A DNA stretch of 46,704 bases from Verrucomicrobiota bacterium (GCA_019236675.1 JAFAIO010000109.1:1-46704), one strand, 5' to 3'; counted from the first letter of the stretch, positions 26,775-38,220 are shown. A program made the numbers and translations. Notes: generated from the letters alone by a model not told the origin.

Positions 26775-27872
26775 CTAACTGATGCGCTTCAACCAATCCT
26801 GATACACCAATGGCGAAATCTCGGATGGCTTAATCTCCGATCTACCACCCCAAAATACGTTGGTGTAGGTAGTCGGAATTCCGCAGGCTTGCAAATGTCT
26901 GTCGATTGCTTCCTTGTTCTGCAACAGCCAGTTCTTGTCGGTCCCGTGAGCAACCGCCATGATATTGACATTACCGAATTCAGGCCCGGCCTCTCGCCAA
27001 TAACAATGAGTTAAAATCTCGTGCCGGCCAACTTCAGAACCCGCCTTGTGTTCCCATCCAGAAGGAACCGCCCAATGGAATAAGCCGTTGAAACGAGTGA
27101 CCCGAACACCGGATGCGGAAGGTTTTACGTGCTCCAAAAAAGTGGAGAATCGCCCGATGATTTTTTTTTCGTTTAAGGCCTCAGCCACCTCAAAAAAGAC
27201 TTCCAATGGTAAGTCGGCCTCCCGAGCCCGCTCTACCCAGGGGTGAGACCGAATTTCCTCCAAGGCGAACTCCCGTTTCAGGGCCACCAGGACCCGCCAC
27301 TCCAGAGAGCTCAATTCAACGATCTCCGTCTTCAGCATCTCTGCCGGAGCATCTGCTTTGTCACCGCATACTAACGTCTTGCGGCGAACGTGACCGACTC
27401 CTAAGGCAAAAATCCCTTTTGCCGGCATCAACACAACTCTCTCAGCGCCGACCTTATTCTGCAGCACCGCGGCATGCTGTTCCAAGCTAAAGCCTTGAGG
27501 GACTTTAATCGTCGTCCATAATCTGTACTCGCTTCCAGCTGTATTCGAATCGGTGGACCGGATGACGACATGACCGGAAAAAGGGTCCTGGCGGAACATG
27601 AAATCAAAGGCGGCATCAAGACGTTCCGGAGAAACCTTCCATGCGACCAAGGCTCCGTGAGCTAGGCTGGTCGCCAACAAGGTTTGCCGAACACGACGTA
27701 TCGTTCCAGCCGCGAGCATGGAGCGAATTCGTTCGAGCACCAAGTCTTCAGCGAGTCCCGACAGCTCCGCGATGCGAGTAAAAGGCTCTCGGACAAATCC
27801 CTGAATCTTATCTTCGGAGACAGCTAGAATGCGCGCATTGATTACGTCCGTGTGCTCCGTAGTACTGCTCAT
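26775..27872 (-). CDS. tandem AsnC/Lrp-like protein (siroheme decarboxylase AhbA/B-NirDL-like, tentative)
   Basis: Two consecutive HTH plus ligand-domain halves (..GHVVIRS...YRLWTTIKV and ..LTHCYWRE...VNIMAVAHG). I moved the start to ATG 27872 (MSSTTEH), because the longer ORF runs into the 62-bp palindrome. Confidence 0.5.
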   Translation of the reverse strand: MSSTTEHTDVINARILAVSEDKIQGFVREPFTRIAELSGLAEDLVLERIRSMLAAGTIRRVRQTLLATSLAHGALVAWKVSPERLDAAFDFMFRQDPFSGHVVIRSTDSNTAGSEYRLWTTIKVPQGFSLEQHAAVLQNKVGAERVVLMPAKGIFALGVGHVRRKTLVCGDKADAPAEMLKTEIVELSSLEWRVLVALKREFALEEIRSHPWVERAREADLPLEVFFEVAEALNEKKIIGRFSTFLEHVKPSASGVRVTRFNGLFHWAVPSGWEHKAGSEVGRHEILTHCYWREAGPEFGNVNIMAVAHGTDKNWLLQNKEAIDRHLQACGIPTTYTNVFWGGRSEIKPSEISPLVYQDWLKRIS

Positions 27873-27887
27873 GAGGAGCGAAAAATA

Positions 27888-27949
27888 GCACAAAGCCTGA
27901 ACCGCTCAAAAATCGCCGGCGATTTTTAAGCGGTTCAGGCTTTGTGCTG
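27888..27949 (-). terminator. 62-bp near-perfect palindrome, probable terminator of amt-glnK
   Basis: AGCACAAAGCCTGAACCGCTCAAAAATCGCC|GGCGATTTTTAAGCGGTTCAGGCTTTGTGCT gives 31-nt arms with one mismatch. On the minus strand it is followed by ATTTTTCG. Confidence 0.55.
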
Positions 27950-27950
27950 A

Positions 27951-28076
27951 AGGAGTTCAGTAGTTGCCGGAGTTCAGAAGGACAGCGCTCCGTAATTGCA
28001 GCGATTATTGCCGGCGCGGAACGTTTCGGATTCTGAACTCCTGCAACTCCTTGAACTCCTGAACTCCTGAACTCCT
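27951..28076. repeat. intergenic hairpin element E6 with tandem-heptamer arms (GAACTCC)
   Basis: Left arm AGGAGTTCAGTAGTTGCCGGAGTTCAGAAG (27951..27980). Right arm TTCTGAACTCCTGCAACTCCTTGAACTCCTGAACTCCTGAACTCCT (28031..28076). It abuts the glnK stop codon. Confidence 0.9.
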
Positions 28077-29896
<1,820 letters not shown>

Positions 29897-30047
29897 AGAG
29901 TATCTGCTACGGTTAATCTGGTTACAATGTCTGGTAATTCTTGCTAATCAGGCGATTGGGTGCTGCCACGACATCGCAGCCCGCAAATACCATGCTCCTC
30001 TTTGCCAGGCAACCGTAGCGTTTGCCGCCGACCTATTTTGACCGAAG

Positions 30048-30062
30048 CACGACGTGTGCCAT
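30048..30062 (-). promoter_or_regulatory. candidate sigma-54 (-24/-12) promoter for amt-glnK
   Basis: The minus strand reads TGGCACACGTCGTGC, so GG and GC have the canonical spacing (TGGCAC-N5-tTGC). It lies about 150 nt upstream of the amt start. rpoN is present in the window. Confidence 0.35.
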
Positions 30063-30216
30063 TGAGCACGGGAGTACGCGGCGAGAGTCCGTCACTCCAG
30101 ACTCCAGAGCAGATGCCCGAATGACCGGAGTGGGAATTTCTCCGCAGCCTGCTCAAAAGGACGCAGTTCGCGGATTTGGGTTCTGCACGTGTAGATTTCG
30201 GCTGAGTCCTGCAACG

Positions 30217-30312
30217 AATGGGACTTATGGGACTAATGGGACTTATGAGTTAAAGCGTACTCCTACTTAGGAGTGAAATTACATAAGTCCTATGGGTCCC
30301 ATGAGTCTCATC
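30217..30312. repeat. intergenic hairpin element E7 with tandem 9-mer arms (ATGGGACTT)
   Basis: Left arm AATGGGACTTATGGGACTAATGGGACTTATGAG. Right arm ACATAAGTCCTATGGGTCCCATGAGTCTCATC. The central small hairpin is ACTCCTA-CT-TAGGAGT. A solo arm copy (GTCCCATTAGTCCCATGAGTCTCATCCGT) lies at about 18070..18098. Confidence 0.85.
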
Positions 30313-30378
30313 CGTCCGCCTTCCCTTTCACGTTCCTCCTCGGAAAAACGTGCTATTACCCCTGGCTATTCGTCCCCC

Positions 30379-30407
30379 TTGACCGCCCGAGGAAACCGCT
30401 TTAGATA
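30379..30407 (+). promoter_or_regulatory. candidate sigma-70 promoter for tRNA-Val
   Basis: TTGACC (30379..30384), then a 17-nt spacer, then TAGATA (30402..30407). It lies about 27 nt upstream of the tRNA 5' end. Confidence 0.5.
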
Positions 30408-30433
30408 TCGGGTCCTCTGGAAATCTTGAGCGA

Positions 30434-30505
30434 GCACGGTTAGCTTAGCGGTAGAGCGACTGGTTTACACCCAGTAGGTCGGGGGTTCGATTCCCTCACC
30501 GTGCA
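30434..30505 (+). tRNA. tRNA-Val (anticodon UAC)
   Basis: Hand-folded cloverleaf. Acceptor GCACGGT/ACCGTGC, D arm GCTT-AGCGGTA-GAGC, anticodon arm ACTGG-TTTACAC-CCAGT, T arm GGGGG-TTCGATT-CCCTC, discriminator A. No encoded CCA. Confidence 0.9.
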
Positions 30506-30560
30506 GACTCGCGGCGCAGAAGCGCAGCGAAGGTGGACTGGCCGTTCAGGAGGTTTCAGT

Positions 30561-31079
30561 ATGGGAAAGTTGATTTTCTGTTTCTTGTTTGCGGCCGCCG
30601 CTTCTTGGACGCAAGCGCAGACACATCCGGTGATAGTTGTTGCCCCGCACATCGAAGCGCCGGTTGCGATCCATGTTCCGCAGGTGAATCTGCCGCAGGC
30701 TCGATTGTTTGCGAACACACAACAGTTTCGCTCGCTTTACAATCCGCTGGATAATAACCCGCTGGTGAATCAGCCCCTCGAGCAGCCCAAGCCGGCGCCG
30801 CGGCCTCGGGTTCAAACCGTTCCTTCCGAAAAGAGAGTACCTTTGGGCACAACGGTCGAAACAATGGATCGAACTGCCGTCAACGGCTATACCGTTGGCC
30901 AGGTACGCCAAGTCCAAGAGGCGCTGCACCGATTGGGATACTACAACGGCGATGTCGACGGCGATTTCGGACCGAACACCCAAAACGCGCTCCAGCGCTA
31001 TCAACTGAGTGCTGGCGAACCAGTGACGGGTACGCTGACACGTGGTGTGCTCGGCCGGCTTGGAGTGAGCGGCAAATAA
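30561..31079 (+). CDS. secreted protein with C-terminal peptidoglycan-binding (PG_binding_1) domain
   Basis: Start moved to ATG 30561, with AGGAGG 8 nt upstream. It has a signal peptide (MGKLIFCFLFAAAASWTQA). The C-terminus VRQVQEALHRLGYYNGDVDGDFGPNTQNALQRYQ matches the PG-binding repeat. Confidence 0.75.
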   Translation: MGKLIFCFLFAAAASWTQAQTHPVIVVAPHIEAPVAIHVPQVNLPQARLFANTQQFRSLYNPLDNNPLVNQPLEQPKPAPRPRVQTVPSEKRVPLGTTVETMDRTAVNGYTVGQVRQVQEALHRLGYYNGDVDGDFGPNTQNALQRYQLSAGEPVTGTLTRGVLGRLGVSGK

Positions 31080-31100
31080 CGGGCGATCGCGGTGATCACG

Positions 31101-31346
31101 TTCGGAGGGGAGCCGCATTCCGCATTGCAATACTGCAGATTGGTGCGGCACGCGTGGCGCCTTTCGTCCGAACTGTTTGTTAGGCCGCGGCTCCCTGGAA
31201 CGCGGGGCAGGTTAGCGAGACGTGCAACCCCAATTGGCGTGGCGCGTTTTCGGGGCGTCGCGGGTGTAGAACACCAAAAACGTTGCGGCCAACCCTCGGC
31301 CAGGCAAACGCTCACCGGCGGCATACCGAATGCAACGCCCTCCGAT
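31101..31346 (-). repeat. about 245-nt dispersed intergenic element, copy 2 (family R-B)
   Basis: The reverse complement aligns with 1606..1850 over the full length in the same block order, by eye about 60-65% identity. It has its own complementary ends (GGAGGGCGTTGCATTC / GAATGCGGCTCCCCTCC). It lies between a convergent gene pair. Confidence 0.7.
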
Positions 31347-31422
31347 CGGAAATCAAGACAACATGCAGGCGGGCGAAGTCGCTAAATTTTGATTCAGCCC
31401 CGAAATACATCCGGGTAAACGC

Positions 31423-32388
31423 CTAGCGCCGAGCGCGATAAATCTCCCGCGCCACCCCTGCATCGCGCCCGATCTGTTCCTTCAGTTGAGTGAGGCTGTC
31501 GAACTTCTTTTCGGGACGCAGGTACTCTAAAAAACTCACCTCTACCTCGTCCCCATAGATATCCTGGTCGAAATCAAAGAGGTGAATCTCAAGGATCCGC
31601 TCGCCCTTCGTCTGTTCAAGGGTCGGCCGGACGCCGATGTTAACGACGCCGCCGTACTCGCTTCCTTTATGCCAGGCTTTTACTGCGTACACACCGTTCG
31701 GGGGAAACTGCTCATTATGGGCACGAAGATTTGCGGTTGGGAAACCGAGTTGTCTCCCGAGAAGATTCCCTTTAGTAACCGTTCCCAGAACCGTAAACGG
31801 TCGTCCTAAAAATTTCGCGGCCTGCGTCAATTCGCCTCTCTCGATAGACTCCCGAACTCTGGTGCTGCTTACTACGTCACCTTCAAGAATGACTGGTTTT
31901 ACCGTGTCCAAAGTGAAGCCTTCGCTGGCGGAAAGCTCGCGCAATAGATCGACGGAGCCCGAACGATTCGCGCCGAAACTCCAACCTTCACCCACACAAA
32001 TGGTCTGCAGCCGTTTCGCGTGGCGAAGCAGCTGGAGAACAAAATCTCGCGGCGGTGTCCGCGAAAACGCCAGAGAAAATTCCTGAATTAACAGGGCTCC
32101 GACGCCGAGATGTTCAATCAGCAGAGTCTTATGCTGGGTTGAGGTGAGAAGTCGTGGCGCTTTCTCCGGGCGAAGCACTCGAACCGGGTGCGGATGAAAA
32201 GTTAACACCACCGAGGTACCGCCGGCGTCATCGGCCGCGGAAATCGCGCGTTTGATCACGGCCTGATGCCCAAGATGAATGCCATCGAAAACCCCTATAG
32301 CGAGGTGAATCGGCCCAGCGAGGGACGAAAGCTGTTCCACCGATTGCAACAACTTCATGGGTTCAGGCACCGCGCATTCGCGAGACAT
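31423..32388 (-). CDS. ribF: bifunctional riboflavin kinase / FMN adenylyltransferase
   Basis: 321 aa. GVFDGIHLGHQAV (nucleotidyltransferase HxGH), a riboflavin kinase C-terminal half (GFPTANL, a GVRPT segment, EIHLFDF). Confidence 0.9.
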   Translation of the reverse strand: MSRECAVPEPMKLLQSVEQLSSLAGPIHLAIGVFDGIHLGHQAVIKRAISAADDAGGTSVVLTFHPHPVRVLRPEKAPRLLTSTQHKTLLIEHLGVGALLIQEFSLAFSRTPPRDFVLQLLRHAKRLQTICVGEGWSFGANRSGSVDLLRELSASEGFTLDTVKPVILEGDVVSSTRVRESIERGELTQAAKFLGRPFTVLGTVTKGNLLGRQLGFPTANLRAHNEQFPPNGVYAVKAWHKGSEYGGVVNIGVRPTLEQTKGERILEIHLFDFDQDIYGDEVEVSFLEYLRPEKKFDSLTQLKEQIGRDAGVAREIYRARR

Positions 32389-33085
32389 CAGGTAGAGAAA
32401 TGATTCTGGTGGCTAAGCTTTCGCGGCCGAGGTCCCGAATCTCTTGGACCGTGATCGCGTGATCAACCGAAAAGCGTCCAGACTTGGTGCGGCGTAAAGA
32501 CGAAAGATGGCCGCCACATCCTAGCTCAGTGCCAATGTCGTGTGCATACGTTCTGACATAGAAACCCTTGCTGCAGATGACGCGGAAGTCGATTTCCGGC
32601 AATCGGACCGCCTTTAATTCATGAGCGTAGACGTGGACAAAGCGGGGCTCGCGCTCGACCACTTTGCCTTGGCGAGCCAGCTTATAGAGCGGCACGCCGT
32701 CTCGCTTGATCGCCGAAACCATCGGAGGCATCTGATAGAAGTCGCCATGAAACTTCTTAAAGGCTAACTCTATTTTTCCTTGATCGATTTGTTCTACCGG
32801 ACGGGTATCAACCACGTTCCCATCCCGGTCTTGCGAGTCCGTCGTCACGCCCAATGTTAAGGTCCCCACGTACTCCTTATCCTCGCTCATTAAGAGATCC
32901 TGAATCTTAGTGCCCCGGCCGATCACGATCAGCAAAAGCCCGGTCGCAAAAGGATCGAGCGTGCCGCAGTGACCAACCTTTTGTACCCCCAAGCGGTGAC
33001 GGACCGTTGCCACTACATCATGGCTGGTCATTTGCGCTTCTTTGTCGACTAGCAGCAACCCATCAAGGGTACTTAAGGACTTCAT
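32363..33085 (-). CDS. truB: tRNA pseudouridine(55) synthase
   Basis: 240 aa. GLLLVDKEAQMTSHDVV and the catalytic-Asp motif GHCGTLDPFATGLL. Confidence 0.95.
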   Translation of the reverse strand: MKSLSTLDGLLLVDKEAQMTSHDVVATVRHRLGVQKVGHCGTLDPFATGLLLIVIGRGTKIQDLLMSEDKEYVGTLTLGVTTDSQDRDGNVVDTRPVEQIDQGKIELAFKKFHGDFYQMPPMVSAIKRDGVPLYKLARQGKVVEREPRFVHVYAHELKAVRLPEIDFRVICSKGFYVRTYAHDIGTELGCGGHLSSLRRTKSGRFSVDHAITVQEIRDLGRESLATRIISLPDVSRMRGA

Positions 33086-34040
33086 CGCTGACGTAACTGA
33101 TTACCTTCGTACGCACCTGTTCCAGTGTTCCCCGAATTCGCGCTCCGGCAGCCAGCGGATGACCGCCGCCTCCCCAAGTCGAGCAAATCCGATTTGCGTC
33201 TATTCTAAGGTCTTTTGACCGAACGCTGATCCGAACGCGCTGGTCTGCGACTTCTTCGAAGAAGATCGCGACTACCACGGTATCGATGCTCCGGATAACG
33301 TCGATTAACCCGTCGATATCCGCTGGGTCAATCGACAATCTTGCTTTGGTTGCCTCCGTAAGGGTAAAGGTCGCAATGCGATCATGCGCATGGAAGGTCG
33401 CCTCATTCAGTAGTTGACCTAGAAGCAGGATCCGTCGTTTCGGATAGCTCTCGTAGATGCGGTGCGAAATGGTGGCCAGGTCGACACCGGCTTCGACCAA
33501 CTTGCCGGCGACTTCAAAAGTGTGCGCAGTCGTGTTTTGGTAGCGAAACGACCCCGTGTCAGTCGAGATCGCCACGAAAAGCGCTTCTGCGATTTCAGGA
33601 AAAAAGGGGAGTTTTTGGTCCCGCAACAGTTCGTAAATAATCTGTCCTGTGGCCGGAGCCTGAACATCGATGTAATTAAGGTCGCCATAGCCGGGATTGC
33701 TCGCGTGATGGTCGATGTTAACCAGGGTTTTGTAGGTTCGGATCGCCGTGATGCCGGTACCCAGACGATTTCTTGCTGCCGTATCTAGGGCGAGCACGGT
33801 ATCGAACTCCAGCGGTTCATCGGGCGGTTTTGTAATTAGCTCTGAGCCCTTCAAAAAAGCGAAGCTTTCCGGAAGCCCGTCCTCATTCCAGGCTGTCACG
33901 GTTTTACCAAGCTTTTGTAAAGCCAGGACCATCGCCAATTGTGAGCCAATGGCGTCTCCGTCTGGTCGCACGTGGGTCAAGACGGCGACCGTCCCAGCTG
34001 ACCGGAGGACATCTCCGATGGGTGCAAATCCCTGGTTCAT
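33063..34040 (-). CDS. DHH-family phosphoesterase (NrnA-like oligoribonuclease/pAp phosphatase)
   Basis: 325 aa. DHH motifs HVRPDGDAIGS, DTA and IDHH. The DHHA1 domain has GGGGH. Confidence 0.8.
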   Translation of the reverse strand: MNQGFAPIGDVLRSAGTVAVLTHVRPDGDAIGSQLAMVLALQKLGKTVTAWNEDGLPESFAFLKGSELITKPPDEPLEFDTVLALDTAARNRLGTGITAIRTYKTLVNIDHHASNPGYGDLNYIDVQAPATGQIIYELLRDQKLPFFPEIAEALFVAISTDTGSFRYQNTTAHTFEVAGKLVEAGVDLATISHRIYESYPKRRILLLGQLLNEATFHAHDRIATFTLTEATKARLSIDPADIDGLIDVIRSIDTVVVAIFFEEVADQRVRISVRSKDLRIDANRICSTWGGGGHPLAAGARIRGTLEQVRTKVISYVSDEVLKYP

Positions 34041-34390
34041 TCCTCCCGGGGCGGCTCGTCGAGGTCTTGAATGATCTCGAGTACGCGGTTTCCGCGCTCA
34101 ATCGAGTTGTCTAATTTGAAGTGTAGATGAGGGGTATATTTCAGCACCACTCGCTTTGACAATTCCCGCTGAAGGGTAATCCGGTGTTCCTCTAGTTCGG
34201 TCAGCACATCGGACTTTTGATAGCTTGCCCCAATGACGCTCACGTAAACATTACAGTTTTTTAGGTCAGGGCTGATGTCGACAGCCGGAATGGTGACCAG
34301 AACCTCTGGTTGAAAGTTAAGCTCACGCGAAATCAGCTCACTGAGCTCCCGCTTAACCACCTCGTTTACCCGTTCCAAACGATGTTTCAT
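34037..34390 (-). CDS. rbfA: ribosome-binding factor A
   Basis: 117 aa. RVNEVVKRELSELI..., VTIPAVDISPDLKNCNVYVS, TPHLHFKLD. Confidence 0.9.
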   Translation of the reverse strand: MKHRLERVNEVVKRELSELISRELNFQPEVLVTIPAVDISPDLKNCNVYVSVIGASYQKSDVLTELEEHRITLQRELSKRVVLKYTPHLHFKLDNSIERGNRVLEIIQDLDEPPREE

Positions 34391-34397
34391 AGAAATT

Positions 34398-34610
34398 CAC
34401 CACAGAGACACAGAGGACACGAAGTTAGATCGCAAAAAAAATTCAAAGGTAGACAGGGTTCTAGTCCTCGTCCTTCGCGATCTTTGCGACCTTGTTGTGC
34501 CGGTGCGTCTCCGTTTGAGTCTCCCAAGTTCATTTGCACAACGATCGCCAAAGATCACAGGACACAAATCCATCGCTTCTTACTCTCTGTGACCTCTGTG
34601 CCTCCGTGAT
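34398..34610. repeat. intergenic hairpin element E8 with CACAGAG-type arms, inside the infB-rbfA junction
   Basis: Left arm CACCACAGAGACACAGAGGACACGAAG (34398..34424). Right arm TTCTTACTCTCTGTGACCTCTGTGCCTCCGTGAT (34577..34610). A nested inner inverted repeat is GATCTTTGCGACCTTGTTGTGC / GCACAACGATCGCCAAAGATC. Confidence 0.85.
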
Positions 34611-34621
34611 GGAGTGTTGGC

Positions 34622-36916
34622 TTAAAGTTGTTGGGCGATCTTTTCCAGAGTGTAACACTCGATGATATCGCCAACCTCGTATTCATTGAAATCTCCGAGC
34701 TTGCAGCCGCATTCGACGCCGGCCCGGACTTCTTTAACATCGTCTTGGAACCGGCGCAGAGTCGCCATTCCGCCGTCATAAATCGGTTGGCGCTTGCGCA
34801 AAACCCGCGCTCTTCCGGAGCGGATGATTCTGCCATCGGTCACATAACAGCCCGCAACCGTACCCTTTGACAGCTGGAACACCTGACGGACTTCGGCGTG
34901 GCCAGTAACGGCCTCCCGAATTTCCGGATCGAGCATCCCGACCATCGCTTCTTTCACTTGGTCGATCAGTTCGTAAATGATACTGAAAAGCTTGATTTGA
35001 ATACCTTCGCGCTTGGCTGCCGCTGCTGCCTGGTTCTCAGTCTTAACATTGAATCCGACAATGACCGCATTGGAGGCACTGGCCAGCAACACGTCTGATT
35101 CAGTGATTGCGCCCACACCGGAGTGGATGATTTCCAGGTCGATCTTCTTGCTCTCGATTTGCTCGAGAGCTGCCGCGATCGCTTCGCAAGATCCTTGCAC
35201 GTCGCACTTCAAAATCAGCTGCAGCTGTTTCTTTCCGTCGCCTAAGCTATCGAAAAGCGACTCCAAGGTTGCTCTTTGTGGCATTGCCAACTTCTGATTC
35301 CGGAGTTCTAGCAACCGTTCTTCGCTGAGCGTTCGGGCTGAGCGTTCTGAATCCATTACCAGCAACTCATCACCGGCATTGGGTAAGCCGGTGAAACCAA
35401 GAACCTTGACTGGTGTAGAAGGACCAGCCTCTTTCAGATTTTGTCCGGCATCGCCGATCAAAGATTTCACTTTGCCCCAGTAGTTGCCGCAGATGAAGGC
35501 TTGACCCACGGTCAAAGTGCCTACGCGTACCACCACCGTCGCAGTCGGTCCGCGTCCTGGTTCCACCTGCGCTTCGATCACATTACCGCGAGCCGGCACC
35601 GAAGGGCTCGCCTTCAGTTCCATGATTTCCGCCTGGAGCAACATCATCTCCAACAGATGGTCGATGCCTGTGCCTTTCGTCGCCGACACTAGACAACAAA
35701 TCGTATTGCCACCCCAATCTTCAGGAGTAAGCCCTCGTTCCTGCAGCTGGGTTTTCACTCGGTCAGGATTGGCAGATGGTAGATCGATTTTGTTGATTGC
35801 AACGATAATCGGCACTTTTGCCGCCTTGGCGTGGTTAATCGCTTCAATCGTCTGCGGCATAATGCCGTCGTCAGCCGCCACCACCAGCACAACGATATCG
35901 GTAACGTTTGCGCCTCGTGCCCGCATCGCCGTGAAAGCCTCGTGACCCGGCGTATCCAAGAAGGTAATCTTTTGGTCGTTGTGCGTGACCGTGTAAGCGC
36001 CGATATGTTGAGTGATTCCACCAGCTTCGCCTGCCGCCACCCGCGTCTTACGGATCGCATCCATTAAGGAAGTCTTCCCATGGTCCACATGACCCATGAA
36101 AGTGATGATCGGAGGACGTGGCTGCAGTTCTTTCTCGGGAGGTACGACCGGAACCGGCGGCTTTTCCACCACTGGCTCCGGCTTATGAACTCCGCCACCT
36201 TTCTCCCGTTTTTCGACTTCGAAAACGAAACCGTGTTTTTTACAGATTGCGGCCGCAACGTCAGGTTCGATCGCGTGATTGATGGCGGCGAAGATATTCA
36301 TCTCCATCAAATCACTGATCAGTTGAAATGGCTTGATGCCGATGCGCTGAGCAAGCTCGCGGACGATGATGGGGGGTTTGATGTGAACCGTCTTATCGTC
36401 GGATACCGCCGGAGCTTTGTCAGCCCGTGGAGCGGTCTCGCTTGCGGGGCTGACAGGTTCAGCCGGCTCTGTCTTGGCTGGAGTCTCAGGTTCGGGCTCA
36501 ACCGGCTTCGAAATTGTGGGCGGCCTGATCTTTGAGATCGGTGGAAGCACGGACCGCGTTTCGGTGGTAGCAGCCGGTTCGTTCTTCTTAGGGCGTTTCT
36601 CTTCGATGAGCGAAACGGTCTCCGGCTTTGGGGCAGGCTTCGCTTGAGAAGCTGGCGTTTGCGGCGCAGGAGTTTCTTTAGCGCCAGGAGCAGGCTTTGG
36701 CTCCGGTTCGTGAGCGCGCGCCTTGCTGATTGGCGGCACCCCAGTCCGCCTTGCATGTGCCGGCTTATGCTCGGTCGTTCCTCGCGCAGCCGGTTTCTTC
36801 TTTGGAGTTATTAGATCGGTCGGTTCCTTTGGCGCAGCACTCTTCTCAGCGGGAGCGTCAGGCTTCCGTGGGGTCTTCGTGGTGGATTCTTTTCGAGTGC
36901 TTGCTCGTGTAACCAT
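34622..36916 (-). CDS. infB: translation initiation factor IF-2
   Basis: 764 aa with a Lys/Pro/Ala-rich N-terminus. The GTPase domain has GHVDHGKTS, DTPGH and NKID. Confidence 0.97.
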   Translation of the reverse strand: MVTRASTRKESTTKTPRKPDAPAEKSAAPKEPTDLITPKKKPAARGTTEHKPAHARRTGVPPISKARAHEPEPKPAPGAKETPAPQTPASQAKPAPKPETVSLIEEKRPKKNEPAATTETRSVLPPISKIRPPTISKPVEPEPETPAKTEPAEPVSPASETAPRADKAPAVSDDKTVHIKPPIIVRELAQRIGIKPFQLISDLMEMNIFAAINHAIEPDVAAAICKKHGFVFEVEKREKGGGVHKPEPVVEKPPVPVVPPEKELQPRPPIITFMGHVDHGKTSLMDAIRKTRVAAGEAGGITQHIGAYTVTHNDQKITFLDTPGHEAFTAMRARGANVTDIVVLVVAADDGIMPQTIEAINHAKAAKVPIIVAINKIDLPSANPDRVKTQLQERGLTPEDWGGNTICCLVSATKGTGIDHLLEMMLLQAEIMELKASPSVPARGNVIEAQVEPGRGPTATVVVRVGTLTVGQAFICGNYWGKVKSLIGDAGQNLKEAGPSTPVKVLGFTGLPNAGDELLVMDSERSARTLSEERLLELRNQKLAMPQRATLESLFDSLGDGKKQLQLILKCDVQGSCEAIAAALEQIESKKIDLEIIHSGVGAITESDVLLASASNAVIVGFNVKTENQAAAAAKREGIQIKLFSIIYELIDQVKEAMVGMLDPEIREAVTGHAEVRQVFQLSKGTVAGCYVTDGRIIRSGRARVLRKRQPIYDGGMATLRRFQDDVKEVRAGVECGCKLGDFNEYEVGDIIECYTLEKIAQQL

Positions 36917-36957
36917 GAGTGATCTGTTTCTCTAAATCTCGCATTGCCCCACCTCTT

Positions 36958-38220
36958 TCAGATGGAAGCCAATTTACGTTCGTGTTCCTTCTTCGCCGAC
37001 TCCTGGATTTTCTGCGCCTGCTCTAAATCGATTTGTAGCAGTTCCGCGATATCTTTTGGATCCGTCTCTAAAATTCCGTCGACGCTATTCATCCCTGCCC
37101 GAGCCAGCGACCGAGCTGTTTCCTCGTCGATGTTCAGAGTCTTGGCAAGAGTCGTGATGGCTTGGGCCAACTTTTGCTCAAACGCGTGGGTAACGGACTC
37201 GTCCTTAGAAATATTAATTTCCCATCCGGTCAACCGGGAGGTCAACCTGGCATTCTGGCCGCGGCGCCCGATCGCGAGCGACAGTTGATCTTCGTCAACC
37301 GTCACCTGAACCGCTTTTCGTTCCTCATCGATCGTTATCGATTTGATCTTGGCCGGTTTTAAAGCCTCCATCACGAACTCCCGCGGGTCAGCACTCCAGC
37401 GGATGATATCCACCTTTTCCTGGTTCAGCTCCCGAACGATGTTTTTTACTCGCGAGCCACGCATCCCGACACACGCGCCCACAGGATCCACCTTTTCGTC
37501 AGCGGACCAAACCGCGATCTTAGTGCGGTAACCTGCTTCCCGAGAAATTGCCTTGATCTCGACTGTCCGGTCAGCAATCTCGCTGACCTCGACTTCGAAC
37601 AAGCGGCGCACAAAATTGGGATGACTCCTCGAGATGATGATCTCCGGGCCGCGGTTCGTGTTTTCAACCGCAACCACATACGCTCGAATCCGGTCCCCGA
37701 TATTATAATCCTCGGTGGCGACCCGCTCGCGCATCGGCATCACGGCTTCGAATTTGCCGAGATCGACGATCACATCCGACCGATCAAACCGGCGCACGGT
37801 GCCGCTCACGATCTCACCGGCTCGGTCCTTGAATTCATCAAAAATCATTTCCTTTTCGATCTGACGAATCCGCTGGAGGATGGCTTGGCGAGCGGTCTGC
37901 GCAGCGATTCGGCCAAAGCCTTCCGGCGTCACTTCCACTTCGATCACGTCGCCCACAACGGCATCGGGCTTGATCTTCCTGGCGCGCGCCAGAGGGATTT
38001 CGTCGTGAATACTTCGCACTACGTCCGCAACGATCAAACTGGCTAGGGCTGTGATCTCTCCGCTTTTCGGATCAATCGTCACTCGCAGATCGCGGGCGGG
38101 CCCCACGCTCTTTTTTGCGGCTGTGAGCAGAGCGCCCGACAACGCCTCAAGCAGGACTTCCCGCTTAATGCCTTTCTCGCGCTCCATGTAATCGAGCACC
38201 GCAAGTAGATCGCTGTTCAT
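36958..38220 (-). CDS. nusA: transcription termination/antitermination factor NusA
   Basis: 420 aa with an N-terminal domain, S1, KH1/KH2 (GACVGMRGSRV, AIGRRGQNARL) and a C-terminal acidic repeat. Confidence 0.97.
   Translation of the reverse strand: MNSDLLAVLDYMEREKGIKREVLLEALSGALLTAAKKSVGPARDLRVTIDPKSGEITALASLIVADVVRSIHDEIPLARARKIKPDAVVGDVIEVEVTPEGFGRIAAQTARQAILQRIRQIEKEMIFDEFKDRAGEIVSGTVRRFDRSDVIVDLGKFEAVMPMRERVATEDYNIGDRIRAYVVAVENTNRGPEIIISRSHPNFVRRLFEVEVSEIADRTVEIKAISREAGYRTKIAVWSADEKVDPVGACVGMRGSRVKNIVRELNQEKVDIIRWSADPREFVMEALKPAKIKSITIDEERKAVQVTVDEDQLSLAIGRRGQNARLTSRLTGWEINISKDESVTHAFEQKLAQAITTLAKTLNIDEETARSLARAGMNSVDGILETDPKDIAELLQIDLEQAQKIQESAKKEHERKLASI

Noticed and set aside
30440-30718. 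92-aa minus-strand ORF
   Set aside because: It overlaps tRNA-Val and the 5' end of the better-supported plus-strand PG-binding protein gene. Spurious.
31080-31422. FMN riboswitch or other leader associated with ribF
   Set aside because: This spacer is downstream of both convergent genes, so it cannot be a 5' leader. No FMN-element core was seen. It is occupied by repeat R-B copy 2.
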